Source: Chloroflexota bacterium (lineage in GTDB: Bacteria; Chloroflexota; Dehalococcoidia; UBA2979). From it: a DNA stretch of 64,000 bases. Positions within the stretch are counted from its first letter, which is position 1. Every line of letters begins with the position of its first letter. The stretch is from contig JAQCIU010000019.1 in NCBI GenBank assembly GCA_027593235.1, forward strand, positions 1-64,000. Reading direction: 5' to 3'. Both the position numbers and the translations under genes were made by a program. The notes below the pieces were generated by a model. It was given only the letters and a program-made list of their open reading frames with translations. It made no database searches and was not told where the DNA came from. This document shows positions 35,122 to 45,101 of the stretch, piece after piece.

Positions 35122-36000
35122 CTATCGCATACCAGTCTCAGGTGCCGTCGCGCTCGCGTCGAGCGCCGCGCGCGCGGCCTCGAACATGACGGCCAACGGC
35201 GGCTCGCGGCCGGTCCAGAGTTGGAACGCCGCGGCGCCCTGGTGCACGAGCATCGCGAGGCCCCCGAGGGTCTGCGCGCCGGCGTGTTCCGCGGCCGCGA
35301 GGAAGGGCGTTCGCTCGGGCGTGTAGACGAGATCGAACGCCAGTTGTCCCTGATGGAACATCCGCGACGGGAGCGGCGTGGCGGCCTCGTCCGGTCCGTG
35401 CCGCATGCCGAGCGAGGTGGTCTGGACGATCACCCGCGCGGCCGCCACCGCGACGCGCAGCCGCTCCGATTCGAGGTCGAGCGGGCACGTCCGGACGTCG
35501 AAATCGGACCCGCCGAGGGCGATCAACGCCTCCGCTCGCGCCGGTGTGCGATTGGCGACAGTCACCCGCGCGGCGCCGGCGCGGCGCATCGCGACGACGA
35601 CTGCACGCGCAGCCCCGCCCGCGCCGAGCACCACCACGTTCACGCCGGCGAGTTCCGACTTGACCTCGGCGAGTGCCGCGAGGATGCCGGTGATGTCGGT
35701 GTTCGTGGCGTGGAGTTTGCCGTCGCGATTGACGATCGTGTTCACCGCGCCGACAAACTCGACGAGGCTGTCCGGCTGATCGATCAGGCGCATCACGTCG
35801 ACCTTGTGCGGGACGGTGACGTTGGCGCCCAGCACGTCGCGCGAGCGGAGGCGCTCGATCGCCGATTGCAGTTCGAGTGGCGGCGTGTCCCACGCCTCGT
35901 AACGCGCGTCGATCCGCAGCGCGTCGAGTGCCGCCTGCTGGAACACGGGCGAGATCGAGTGCGAGACGGGGTGGCCGAGGAGCGCGATCGTTTGAGTCAC
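35122..36000 (-). CDS. aroE: Shikimate dehydrogenase
   Basis: HSISP, GANVTVPHK, GAVNT, NTD, GAGGAA, NRT, DLVY, GLAMLVHQG. Confidence 0.96.
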   Translation of the reverse strand: MTQTIALLGHPVSHSISPVFQQAALDALRIDARYEAWDTPPLELQSAIERLRSRDVLGANVTVPHKVDVMRLIDQPDSLVEFVGAVNTIVNRDGKLHATNTDITGILAALAEVKSELAGVNVVVLGAGGAARAVVVAMRRAGAARVTVANRTPARAEALIALGGSDFDVRTCPLDLESERLRVAVAAARVIVQTTSLGMRHGPDEAATPLPSRMFHQGQLAFDLVYTPERTPFLAAAEHAGAQTLGGLAMLVHQGAAAFQLWTGREPPLAVMFEAARAALDASATAPETGMR

Positions 36001-36009
36001 GCCTCGACG

Positions 36010-37125
36010 CTACTCCGCGCAGACGGACGCGCGGAAGGCCTCGACGTTGAGGTTGTGCTCCTCAAGCGTCCCGGCGAAGAGGTGTGAGCCGTCGCATTCG
36101 GGCGACGCGACGAAGTAGAGGAACCCGTTTGTGGCCGGGTGGATGACCGCCTCGATCGCCGCGATGCCGGGATTGGCGATCGGTCCGGGCGGCAACTCCG
36201 CGTAGAGATAGGTGTTGTACGGCGAGTCGATCTCCAGATCGGCTTGTTCGAGCCCGCCCTGTTTCCACCAACCGAACTCCGCGACGCTCTCCGGCGTGGA
36301 GATCGCGAACTGCACGGTGGCATCCGCCTGGAGTGGGATCCCCTGCTGGAGCCGGTTGAGGAACACCGACGCCACGAACGGCTGCTCCGAGGCGAGCGCG
36401 GCCTCACGTTCGACGATCGATGCGAGCGTCAGCACCTGGTGCATGGTGAGGCCGGAGTCCTCCGCGGAGGCGCGCAGTTCCGGCGTCACCTGCTGCGTGA
36501 AGGCGTCCAGCATCGCCTCGACGGCCTGGTGCGCGGTGGTCGCTTCGCGGAAGGGATAGCTGGCGGGCAGCAGGTAGCCGAGGAGCGATGCCTCCAGCGG
36601 TTTGTCCGCGAGCGCGGGGTGCTGCCAGTCGTCATCGACCGCCGCGTCCCATTGGCCGCGGGTGACGATGCCTGCTTCGACAAGGATGTCCCCTACCTCG
36701 CCGACGCGGAGGCCCTCCGGGAATCGCACGAGATCGGCGTCGAGGCCGCCGCGGCGGAGCTGGAGGATCACCTCGGCCGCCGAGGTGCCGGCGGTGAAGT
36801 CATAGCGGCCGGCCTTCAATTCGGCGGTGACGCCACTGAAGGCAAGCAGCGTGTCGAACGCGCCGGCATCCGTGAGCACGCCCGAATCGAGGAGGAGCTG
36901 GCGGATCTCGGCAGCGCCGGCGCCGTCCGGGATAACCACCTCGATCGGTTCGAGGCCGATCACGCGCCCGGGCTCGAGGCCGGCCACATCCTCGGCGATG
37001 CGCGCGGGGGTATCGAGGAGGCGCTGCATCATCACGACGCCGACGACGAGCGCGAACAGCGCCATCAAGCCGAGCGCGAAGGTCAGCGGATCGCGGAGGT
37101 AGCTGAGCGGATCACGTCGTGGCAT
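36010..37125 (-). CDS. mltG: Endolytic transglycosylase MltG (YceG)
   Basis: N-terminal TM, PEG, LASIVERE, LQADATV, SPYNTY...LPPGPIANPG, LYFVA. Confidence 0.95.
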   Translation of the reverse strand: MPRRDPLSYLRDPLTFALGLMALFALVVGVVMMQRLLDTPARIAEDVAGLEPGRVIGLEPIEVVIPDGAGAAEIRQLLLDSGVLTDAGAFDTLLAFSGVTAELKAGRYDFTAGTSAAEVILQLRRGGLDADLVRFPEGLRVGEVGDILVEAGIVTRGQWDAAVDDDWQHPALADKPLEASLLGYLLPASYPFREATTAHQAVEAMLDAFTQQVTPELRASAEDSGLTMHQVLTLASIVEREAALASEQPFVASVFLNRLQQGIPLQADATVQFAISTPESVAEFGWWKQGGLEQADLEIDSPYNTYLYAELPPGPIANPGIAAIEAVIHPATNGFLYFVASPECDGSHLFAGTLEEHNLNVEAFRASVCAE

Positions 37126-37544
37126 CAGCCCTCGTGCCCCCCACCCAGCGCGGCGGCGCGTCGCTGCGCGAGGAACTGATCGAGGAGGATCGAGGCGGCA
37201 AGGTCATCGCTCGGTCGCTTGCCGCTCCCGGCGTCTCGCGCCTGGCGCTCCGCGGCGACGCTGGTCAGCCGTTCGTCCTCGTAGACGACGTCAATCCCGA
37301 GTTTGCGCGCCAGTCGATCGCCCAGCTTGCGGGCCATCGCGGCCGCATCGCCCTCGTCGCCGCTCGGGAGCAGCGGCAGGCCAACGACGATGCCGGCGAT
37401 CTCCTCGCGCGCGACGATCGCGCGGATCGCCGGGAACGCGGCGGACGCGGGCACCACCTCGAGGGGGACGGCGAAGCGCTCCTCGGCGTCGCAGATCGCG
37501 AGGCCAACGCGCGCCTCGCCGGGATCGACGGCGAGCCAGCGCAC
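37125..37544 (-). CDS. ruvX: YqgF/RuvX pre-16S rRNA nuclease
   Basis: LAVDPGEARVGLAICD, VVGLP, DERLTS, DDLAASILL. Confidence 0.93.
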   Translation of the reverse strand: MRWLAVDPGEARVGLAICDAEERFAVPLEVVPASAAFPAIRAIVAREEIAGIVVGLPLLPSGDEGDAAAMARKLGDRLARKLGIDVVYEDERLTSVAAERQARDAGSGKRPSDDLAASILLDQFLAQRRAAALGGGHEG

Positions 37545-37545
37545 G

Positions 37546-39228
37546 TTACGGCGCCGCCGTTGCGATGGCCGTTGGCGTCGCGGTCGCCGTGGGCGTCGCG
37601 GTCACGCTGGCGCCGGTGGTCAGCAGACCGGCGGGCGTGTCGTCCTCGTCGTCCTCGGTGTCTGGGAGGAGGCTGGCGGGACCGGCGTAGGTAATGGTGA
37701 TCCGATCGGCGTTCCTCGGGAGCCAGCGCCAGGGGATGATCCCCGGTCGGAGCTCAATCCTGGCGGGGCCTTCCAGCGGGAGCAGGTCCTGGATTTCGCG
37801 GCGCGCCTGATCCGGTGAATCGCCCTTGATCGCGTCGCGCACGAGCTGCGTGTCAACGAGATCGGCGACAAGCCCGGTCGCGATGAGATCGACGGTGACG
37901 CTGTTGCCCTCGATCCGCGCGTTCTCCAGCCGCGCCGACGAACTGCCCGGCAACAGCGCCTGTCCGATCCCGAGGTGGGCGAGGAGCACCGCATCGGCGG
38001 TTGCGATCGCCTCCTCCTCGGTGACCACGAGCGCGGAGATGATGGCGGTGTAGTCGACGAGGAAGACCTCGGTCGGATCGCCGAGGTTTGAGAGCGGCTC
38101 GCGGCTGAAGATCGAGACCGCGACTGTCTGCGGGAAGACGGTCCCACCGATGACAGCGGCCTCCAGCTCGCGCTCGCCGATGCGGCGCAGCACCTCGTCG
38201 GCGATGCGGTTGACCTGCGCCACGTCTTCCTCGGAGACGGCGGGGACGAGCTTGTCGGTGCCACCGGTTGCGTCGGTCGGGTTGGTGACGGTGATGCCCG
38301 TTGGGAGGTCGCCGCTGAGGATCAAGGTGGAGGCGGGGACGTTTCCGAGCGTGCCGGCCAACACAGCCGTGGCACCCGTCGAGGCGGTCTCGCCGGCGAT
38401 GATGGTCACGTCGCCGTCAGTGGCGAAGGTGATGCCGCTCTCGTCGTCGATCTCAGCGCCGGCGCTGATGAGGACGTCCTCTTCCGTGGCGTTCGCGAAC
38501 TCGAGGATCACGGTCGCGCGTTCGTCCGGCACCTCCACCTCTCCCGAGGTGACGATCGCGATCGTGTGCGTGAAGGTGTGTTTGAAGCTGGTCGCCGGCT
38601 GGATAGCGAGCTCGATGTCGGGGGTGTTCGCGATCGGATTGAGGCGGACGCGGAGCGTGGCGGTCATCTCTTCCGAGGCCGGAACGATCACCACCTCGGC
38701 GGACGGGATGGTGTTGCAGGCGACCAACCCGAGCACCCAGAGGCCGACGACGAGGACCGCGCCACGGATCAACGGCCCCCAGGCCATGCGCGGCACGTAG
38801 AACTCGCGGTCGCCCATGCGAACCCGGTGGTGCGGCGATCGCACGACGCTGCCGACGGAGGCGGCCGACGAGAGGCCGTTCTGGCGTGCGTAGCTGCGCA
38901 CGTCGCCGCGCGCGGCGACGATGCCGAGCCGGAGCGAATTGCGCTTCGCAACGGCGGCGACATGCGGCCAGGCGGCGGGATCACGGAGCGCGCGCGCCTC
39001 GCGAGGTACGACCAGCACCACCTGGCGGGTGGGGGCGGCTTCCAGCCGTCGAACGACGCTGCTGATGCTGTCATCGGCGCGCGCGACCACGGTGGTGCGT
39101 TCCGCCGGATCAGCCACCGGTCGCGGTGTGCCCGGCGTCACGGGGCGACGTGCCGGTCCGCGCCGGTCGTTGACGAACGCCGTGAGGCGGCGCCACGCAT
39201 CGCGCAGGGCGTTGAGGTATTCGTTCAT
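37546..39228 (-). CDS. Membrane-anchored protein with baseplate J/gp47-like domain
   Basis: One TM helix, then GITFAT...GTLGNVPA...ITVTNPTDATGGTD resembling Baseplate_J; Thr/Pro/Ala tail. Confidence 0.7.
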   Translation of the reverse strand: MNEYLNALRDAWRRLTAFVNDRRGPARRPVTPGTPRPVADPAERTTVVARADDSISSVVRRLEAAPTRQVVLVVPREARALRDPAAWPHVAAVAKRNSLRLGIVAARGDVRSYARQNGLSSAASVGSVVRSPHHRVRMGDREFYVPRMAWGPLIRGAVLVVGLWVLGLVACNTIPSAEVVIVPASEEMTATLRVRLNPIANTPDIELAIQPATSFKHTFTHTIAIVTSGEVEVPDERATVILEFANATEEDVLISAGAEIDDESGITFATDGDVTIIAGETASTGATAVLAGTLGNVPASTLILSGDLPTGITVTNPTDATGGTDKLVPAVSEEDVAQVNRIADEVLRRIGERELEAAVIGGTVFPQTVAVSIFSREPLSNLGDPTEVFLVDYTAIISALVVTEEEAIATADAVLLAHLGIGQALLPGSSSARLENARIEGNSVTVDLIATGLVADLVDTQLVRDAIKGDSPDQARREIQDLLPLEGPARIELRPGIIPWRWLPRNADRITITYAGPASLLPDTEDDEDDTPAGLLTTGASVTATPTATATPTAIATAAP

Positions 39229-39234
39229 CGCGGG

Positions 39235-41916
39235 CTAGCCCCCGAGCCGCTCCCGCGCGGCGATCCTTGCCGATTCCAGCGCGTCATCCATGCGCGCCAT
39301 ATCGCGTCCACCTGCCTGGGCGAGTTGCGGACGTCCGCCGCCACCCCCGCCGGTAAGCTGCGCGGCGGTTCGTACCACCTCATCCGCGCGGAGACCGCGC
39401 GCGACGACGTCATCCGTGGCGGCAGCAACGAACATCGGCCGGCCGTCGATTTCGGCGGCAAGCGTGATGAAGGCGCTACCGAGGCGTTGCCGCAGTCGAT
39501 CGACCATCGGGCGGAGCGAGTCGGCGGAGTCCACCTCGACGCGAGCGATGAGGACCTGCACGCCACCGATCGTCTCGGCGGCATCCACGAGGTCATCCGC
39601 ACGCCCGGCTGAGGCCTGTTGTGCCGCCTGATCGGCGCGGTGCCGCTCGCTGGCGAGTTGGTCCTCGAGGGTCGCGACGCGCGCGTCCACCTCGGTGGCC
39701 GGGACCTTGAAGCGCTGGGCCAGCGCGTCGATCTGATCGAGGCGCTGCTCCACGTATTCGTCCGCCTCGGGACCGGTGACGGCCTCGATGCGGCGCAGGC
39801 CGGCGCCAATGCTGGAGTCCGAGACGATCTGGAGGCGGCCGATCTGCCCGGTCGAATGGAGGTGGGTACCGCCACAGAATTCGCGGCTGAAGCACTGCGG
39901 CGAGTGCTGCTGGCCATGGCCGTGGACCTCGCAGTACTCCACGACGCGCACCTGGTCGGTGTACTTGTCCTCGAAGAAGGCGATCGCGCCACGTTGCACC
40001 GCCTGGTCGTAGGGGAGGACGAGCGTCTCGCGCTGGATGTCCTCGCGCACCTTCTGATTGACCAGACGTTGAATCGAACGGAGCTGTTCCCGCGTAGGCG
40101 ATTCGGGGTGGGTGTAGTCGAAGCGGAGCCGGTCCGGGCCGACGTACGAGCCGGCCTGCCGCACGTGGGTGCCGAGGTGCTCGCGCAGCGACGCGTGCAG
40201 GAGGTGGGTGGCCGTGTGGTTGCGCATCGAGCCGAGGCGGAACTCCGGGTCAACACGCGATTCCGCGCTCTCGGCGGTCGCGATGGCGCCCTCGGAGACG
40301 CTGCCGATGTGGACGATCGCGTCGCCGAAGCGGTGCGTGTCCTCCACGCGGAAGCGGCCACTGGGCGTGATCACCTCGCCGCGGTCGCCGATCTGGCCAC
40401 CGCCCTCGGGGTAGAAGCTGGACGCGGCGAGCACCAGCTCACCAGCGTCGCCACTTTCCAGGCGATCGACGGTCGTTCCGTCGCGCATGAGCAAGGTGAC
40501 GGTGGACGAGGCCTCGAGGCCCTCGTAGCCGACGAACTGGGATTCGACGCCGAGCGCGGCGTAGCGGGCGGCTCGCTGGTCGGCCACCGCCGCGAAGGTC
40601 TCGTCGCCGCGCGATCGTTCGCGCTGCGCGGCCATCTCCGCCTCGAAAGCTGCTTCGTCCACCGCGTAGCCGTGGGACGCCGCCACCTCGCGGGTCAGCT
40701 CCGGGGGGAGACCGTGCGTGTCGTAGAGCGTGAACATGTCGCGGCCGGGGACGCGTTTCGCGGCGGCCTCGCGGGCGAGCACGGCATCGAGCAGCTCGAG
40801 ACCGCGCGCCAGCGTCTGCTGGAAGCGCGCTTCCTCGACCTCCGCGACGCGGACGACGAACGCGCGCTGCTCCTCCAGCTCCGGGTTCGCGCGGACGGAG
40901 TTATCGATCGCGGCGCTGACGACGCGACCGAGGAACGGTTCGCGCAGCCCGAGGTGCTGGTACCCGAAGTAGACCGCGCGTCGCAGCACGCGACGCAGCA
41001 CGTAGCCGCGCCCGTCGTTGCTCGGCAGCACGCCGTCGGTGACGAGGAAGGCGATCGCGCGCGAGTGCTCGGAGACGGCGCGCAGGGCCTCGGTGGCGGC
41101 GGGGTTCTCCAGCGGATCGTAGGTGCGGCCGGACACGGCCTCGGCGGCGGCGATCACAGCGCGCAGCTCGTCCGTCTCGTGCACGGTACGGACGCCCTGC
41201 AACACGGAGGCGAGTCGCTCGAGACCGGCGCCGGTGTCGATGTTCGCCGCCGGGAGCAGCTCCCGCGTGCCGTCCTCCTGCTGGTAGTAGGTCATGAAGA
41301 CCAGGTTCCAGATCTCGAGGAAGCGCCCGCTCTCAAGGGCGGGGTGATCGGCGTCGTAGTCGTAGTCAGGCGCGCGCGGCTCCGTCGGCTCGCCAAAGTC
41401 GTAGTGCAGCTCGGAGCACGGACCGCAGGGACCGGAGTCGCCGGGTGGACCCCAGTAGTTCCCCTGCTCCGCGGTGTAGCGGAGGATGCGCGCCTCGGGA
41501 ATGCCTTTCTGGCGCCACAGTTCGAACGCGTCGTCGTCGTCGGTGTAGACGGTCGCCCAGAGGCGATCGGGGTCGATCTTGAGTACGCCGGTCAGGAACT
41601 CCCAGGCCCACTCAACGGCTTCGGGCTTGAAGTAATCGCCAACGGAGAAGTTGCCCAGCATCTCGAACAGCGTGAGGTGGCTTTCGTCGCCTACCTCCTC
41701 GATGTCGGTGGTGCGGAAGCAGCGCTGGATCGAGGTCAGTCGGGGGGCGGGCGGATCCTCCAGGCCCATGAAGTAGGGCTTGAACTGGACCATGCCGGCC
41801 GTCGTGAAGAGCAGCGTCGGGTCGCCGTGCGGCACCAGCGAGGATGACGGGATGCGTCGGTGATCGCGCGCCTCAAAGAATTCGAGGAACGCCTGTCGCA
41901 GTTCATCAACCGTCAA
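39235..41916 (-). CDS. alaS: Alanine--tRNA ligase
   Basis: DPTLLFTTAGMVQFK, FEMLGNFS.GDYFK, GPCGPCSE, NHTATHLLH, CGGTH, GGGGGRPQLAQAGG; TTG start at 41916. Confidence 0.98.
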   Translation of the reverse strand: MTVDELRQAFLEFFEARDHRRIPSSSLVPHGDPTLLFTTAGMVQFKPYFMGLEDPPAPRLTSIQRCFRTTDIEEVGDESHLTLFEMLGNFSVGDYFKPEAVEWAWEFLTGVLKIDPDRLWATVYTDDDDAFELWRQKGIPEARILRYTAEQGNYWGPPGDSGPCGPCSELHYDFGEPTEPRAPDYDYDADHPALESGRFLEIWNLVFMTYYQQEDGTRELLPAANIDTGAGLERLASVLQGVRTVHETDELRAVIAAAEAVSGRTYDPLENPAATEALRAVSEHSRAIAFLVTDGVLPSNDGRGYVLRRVLRRAVYFGYQHLGLREPFLGRVVSAAIDNSVRANPELEEQRAFVVRVAEVEEARFQQTLARGLELLDAVLAREAAAKRVPGRDMFTLYDTHGLPPELTREVAASHGYAVDEAAFEAEMAAQRERSRGDETFAAVADQRAARYAALGVESQFVGYEGLEASSTVTLLMRDGTTVDRLESGDAGELVLAASSFYPEGGGQIGDRGEVITPSGRFRVEDTHRFGDAIVHIGSVSEGAIATAESAESRVDPEFRLGSMRNHTATHLLHASLREHLGTHVRQAGSYVGPDRLRFDYTHPESPTREQLRSIQRLVNQKVREDIQRETLVLPYDQAVQRGAIAFFEDKYTDQVRVVEYCEVHGHGQQHSPQCFSREFCGGTHLHSTGQIGRLQIVSDSSIGAGLRRIEAVTGPEADEYVEQRLDQIDALAQRFKVPATEVDARVATLEDQLASERHRADQAAQQASAGRADDLVDAAETIGGVQVLIARVEVDSADSLRPMVDRLRQRLGSAFITLAAEIDGRPMFVAAATDDVVARGLRADEVVRTAAQLTGGGGGGRPQLAQAGGRDMARMDDALESARIAARERLGG

Positions 41917-42152
41917 GGAACGCCGCCCTCCGCAGCCCGCCCGCGTGAAGTCCAGATCGCGGCCCGCCGAAGCGGATCCGATCGTCCGGATCGAGGTCGG
42001 TCTCACACAGTCTCGCACAGGGGAGGTGCCGGGGACGGCGCCGGCCCGCCGCCGCGTTGCTAGGGTAGAATGCGCCGTGAGAGGCGGTCAATTTTGGAGT
42101 CGCGCATGCCCAACCGGGCCCGTGCCTACTGGCGTCCCGAACCGATCCGCCG

Positions 42153-43511
42153 ATGACCGAGACCACCGGATCCGCGCCGCTGGACGGCTGGACCGCCGTC
42201 ATCCTTGCCGCCGGCCGCGGTACGCGGATGCGTTCCGCGCTGCCGAAGGCGCTCCATCCCGTCGCCGGGGTACCGATGGTGCGACTGGTGTCGGACGCCG
42301 CCCGCGCCGCCGGCTTCCGACAGATCGTCGTCGTTGTCGCGCCGGGTGGCGAAGCGATTGCCGAGGCCGCCGGCGCTGATGCGACGATCGCGATCCAGAG
42401 CGAGCCGCTTGGCACCGGTCACGCCGCGCTCGCGGGTGTGAACGCGGCGGGTGAGGCCTCGCACATCGCGATCGTGAACGCGGACCTGCCGCTGCTTTCG
42501 GCCGATACGTTCGCGCTGACGGCGTCCCGTCACGCGGAACTGGGCGGCCCGCTGACCTTCCTCACGGCTGAACTCGACGATCCGACCGGCTACGGTCGCG
42601 TGATCCGTCGCGACGGCCTGGTCGACGGGATCATCGAGGAGATTGCCGCCGATCTGACGATCCGCGCGATCCGCGAGGTGAATGCGGGGCTGTACATGGG
42701 CCAGACCGCGTGGTTACGCGCAGCCCTCGAGGCGATCGAGCCGAGCCCGGGCGGCGAGTTCTACCTGACCGACATCGTGCAAATGGCGGTCGACTCCGGT
42801 GGCGTTGAGACGTTCCGGCTGCGCGACCTGAGCGAGGTGCAGCAGGTCAACGACCGCCTGGAGCTGGCACGCGCGGAAGTCGTGCTGCGCGAACGCGTGC
42901 GGCGGCGGCTGATGCTCAGCGGCGTCACGATCGTCGATCCGGCAACGACGTTCATCGATGCCAACGTCGAGGTCGGCGAGGACACCACGCTGCTGCCCGG
43001 CGTGCACCTGCAAGGCGCCACGCGGCTGGGACAACGCTGCCGCATTGGTCCGAACGCGATCCTCAGCGACATCGTCGCGGGCGACGATGTGACGATCGGC
43101 GGGTCCACCCTCGAGGGCTCGACGCTGGCGGACGGCGTGCAGATCGGGCCGTACTGCCACATCCGGCCGGGATCGACGCTGGAGCGTGACGTACACCTCG
43201 GCAACTACGTGGAGGTGAAGGCGTCGCGCATCGGTGCGGAGACGCGGATCGGGCATTTCACCTATGTCGGCGATGCCGATATCGGTCAAGCTGTGAACAT
43301 CGGTGCGGGGACCGTCACGGCGAACTACGATGGGACCCTGAAACACCGAACCGAGATCGGCGACGGGGCGTTCATCGGAGTGGATTCGATGTTGATCGCC
43401 CCGATCGTGATCGGGGCAGGTGCACGCACCGCGGCGGGAGCCGTCGTCACAAGCGACGTCCCGGCAGGTGCAACGGTGATCGGCATGCCAGCGCGCATCC
43501 GGCCCGAGTAA
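42153..43511 (+). CDS. glmU: Bifunctional UDP-GlcNAc pyrophosphorylase/glucosamine-1-P acetyltransferase
   Basis: LAAGRGTRMRS..PK, LGTGHA, PTGYGR, EFYLTD, hexapeptide repeats, NYDG. Confidence 0.96.
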   Translation: MTETTGSAPLDGWTAVILAAGRGTRMRSALPKALHPVAGVPMVRLVSDAARAAGFRQIVVVVAPGGEAIAEAAGADATIAIQSEPLGTGHAALAGVNAAGEASHIAIVNADLPLLSADTFALTASRHAELGGPLTFLTAELDDPTGYGRVIRRDGLVDGIIEEIAADLTIRAIREVNAGLYMGQTAWLRAALEAIEPSPGGEFYLTDIVQMAVDSGGVETFRLRDLSEVQQVNDRLELARAEVVLRERVRRRLMLSGVTIVDPATTFIDANVEVGEDTTLLPGVHLQGATRLGQRCRIGPNAILSDIVAGDDVTIGGSTLEGSTLADGVQIGPYCHIRPGSTLERDVHLGNYVEVKASRIGAETRIGHFTYVGDADIGQAVNIGAGTVTANYDGTLKHRTEIGDGAFIGVDSMLIAPIVIGAGARTAAGAVVTSDVPAGATVIGMPARIRPE

Positions 43512-43556
43512 GGAGAAGTATCCGGCGGCGGCTACCGAGCCAATGCCTGCGTTCTT

Positions 43557-44867
43557 TTGGATAGCAGTCTCGCCATCGTCGCTGCGGCACTCGCCGCGAC
43601 CACCATCCTCCTGGTTCTGATCGCCGCGGCCGAGGCAGGCGTGACCGCGCTCTCCCGGGGGCGGATCCGGACCCAACACTCGAATGGCCTCGGCGACCTC
43701 CTACTCAGCTACATCCGGCAGCGTCAGCGCATCCTGCGCTCGCTGAGCGTCGCCACGACCGCCGTGATCGTGCTCTGCACGGGGACCGTCACCTACGCGC
43801 TACTCCAGGGTTCCGAGGTGACGATCCAGGCGACCTCGGTTGCGGCGCTGGTCTCGTTCGCCTTTGTGGCGCTGATCCGCCAGACGACGCGATCGATCGT
43901 GCTGCTGAACCCGGAGCGCTGGGGGCTGCGGCTATCGATCCCGATCCGCGTGCTCCAGATCGTGTTCACCCCGCTGGCCTGGCTGGCCAACGCGCCAATC
44001 AACCTGATCCTGCGGCTCATGGGCCGCGGCGACTCGCTCCGCGAGGTCGATCCGACCGAGGAGCTGGTCGGGCTCCTTGAGGTCACCGAGGCCGGCGAGG
44101 AACCGGCGATGGCGGAGCAGCGGCGGATGATGCGCGGCGTGATCGACATGACGCAGCAGACCGTCCGCGAGCTGATGACGCCGCGCACCGATCTGGTTGG
44201 CGTCACCATCGAGGCATCGATCGGTGACGTGCTGAAGGTGATCACCGAGTCTGGGTACAGCCGAATCCCCCTCTACCGCGACTCCTTCGACACGATTGTC
44301 GGTGTGATCTACGCCAAGGATCTGCTGGCCTACCTCCGCACCGATTCGGTCCCCACGAAGCTGCAGGACGTCTGCCGTCCCGCCTACTTCGTGCCGGAAA
44401 CCAAGCGAGCGGACGAGTTGTTGGCCGATCTGCGGCGCGACCAGGTGCACCTGGCGATCGCCGTCGATGAGTACGGCGGGACCGCCGGTGTTGTCACCGT
44501 CGAGGATCTGCTTGAAGAGATCGTCGGCGAGATCAGCGACGAGTACGACGTCGAAGAGGTTGAGGTCGAGCACATCGCGGACGGCGAGGCGCTCGTTGAC
44601 GCACGGATGACGATCGACGAACTGAACGACCTTTTTGGCACCTCGATCCGGTCGGATGACTTCGACACGGTCGGTGGCCTGATCTTCACGCTGCTCGGCC
44701 GGCTGGCGTCCCCGGGCGATCAGGTCAGCACCTTGACCGACGACGGCGACGAAAACGAGCAAGGCCTCGAGCTGCGTGTGCTGTCCGTGCTTGGCCGCCG
44801 CATCAAGAAGGTGCGCGTCACCCTCAGCTCGCTGGCCGCCGAGCCGGCGACGGCGGACGTCGTCTAA
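43557..44867 (+). CDS. HlyC/CorC (CNNM + CBS) family protein
   Basis: TM N-terminus, ELMTPR, GYSRIP, FVPE, VDEYGGTAGVVTVEDLLEEIVGEI, DTVGG. Confidence 0.92.
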   Translation: MDSSLAIVAAALAATTILLVLIAAAEAGVTALSRGRIRTQHSNGLGDLLLSYIRQRQRILRSLSVATTAVIVLCTGTVTYALLQGSEVTIQATSVAALVSFAFVALIRQTTRSIVLLNPERWGLRLSIPIRVLQIVFTPLAWLANAPINLILRLMGRGDSLREVDPTEELVGLLEVTEAGEEPAMAEQRRMMRGVIDMTQQTVRELMTPRTDLVGVTIEASIGDVLKVITESGYSRIPLYRDSFDTIVGVIYAKDLLAYLRTDSVPTKLQDVCRPAYFVPETKRADELLADLRRDQVHLAIAVDEYGGTAGVVTVEDLLEEIVGEISDEYDVEEVEVEHIADGEALVDARMTIDELNDLFGTSIRSDDFDTVGGLIFTLLGRLASPGDQVSTLTDDGDENEQGLELRVLSVLGRRIKKVRVTLSSLAAEPATADVV

Positions 44868-45101
44868 AGGGCGTCGTCTCGAGGGCGTCCGCAAGCGATC
44901 GAGGCCAGCGGCTGGGGGGTCCGGCGGACCAACCGCGAGTTCACCAGCTCACCGCGGAGACGCGAAGCCCTCGAGCAGGCGGGCATCACGTGATCGCCTC
45001 GCGGACACGGCAGCAGGCATGGACCGCCGGGCTCCGCCTGCCGTGCGCAAACGGTGAGCTAACTGTTGCGCACCTGCATTCGTCCCGTACCCTGTCGGCT
45101 C

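Noticed and set aside
37546-39228. Prophage or contractile injection system locus
   Set aside because: No other tail, sheath, tube or spike genes; both flanks are housekeeping
39619-41847. Long antisense or alternate-frame ORFs (e.g. 742 aa opposite alaS, 699 aa opposite ppdK, 572 aa opposite topA)
   Set aside because: Typical shadow ORFs of high-GC coding strands; no motifs, and fully overlapping confident genes
41917-42152. T-box leader upstream of alaS
   Set aside because: No GGTGGNACCGCG T-box sequence found on the minus strand
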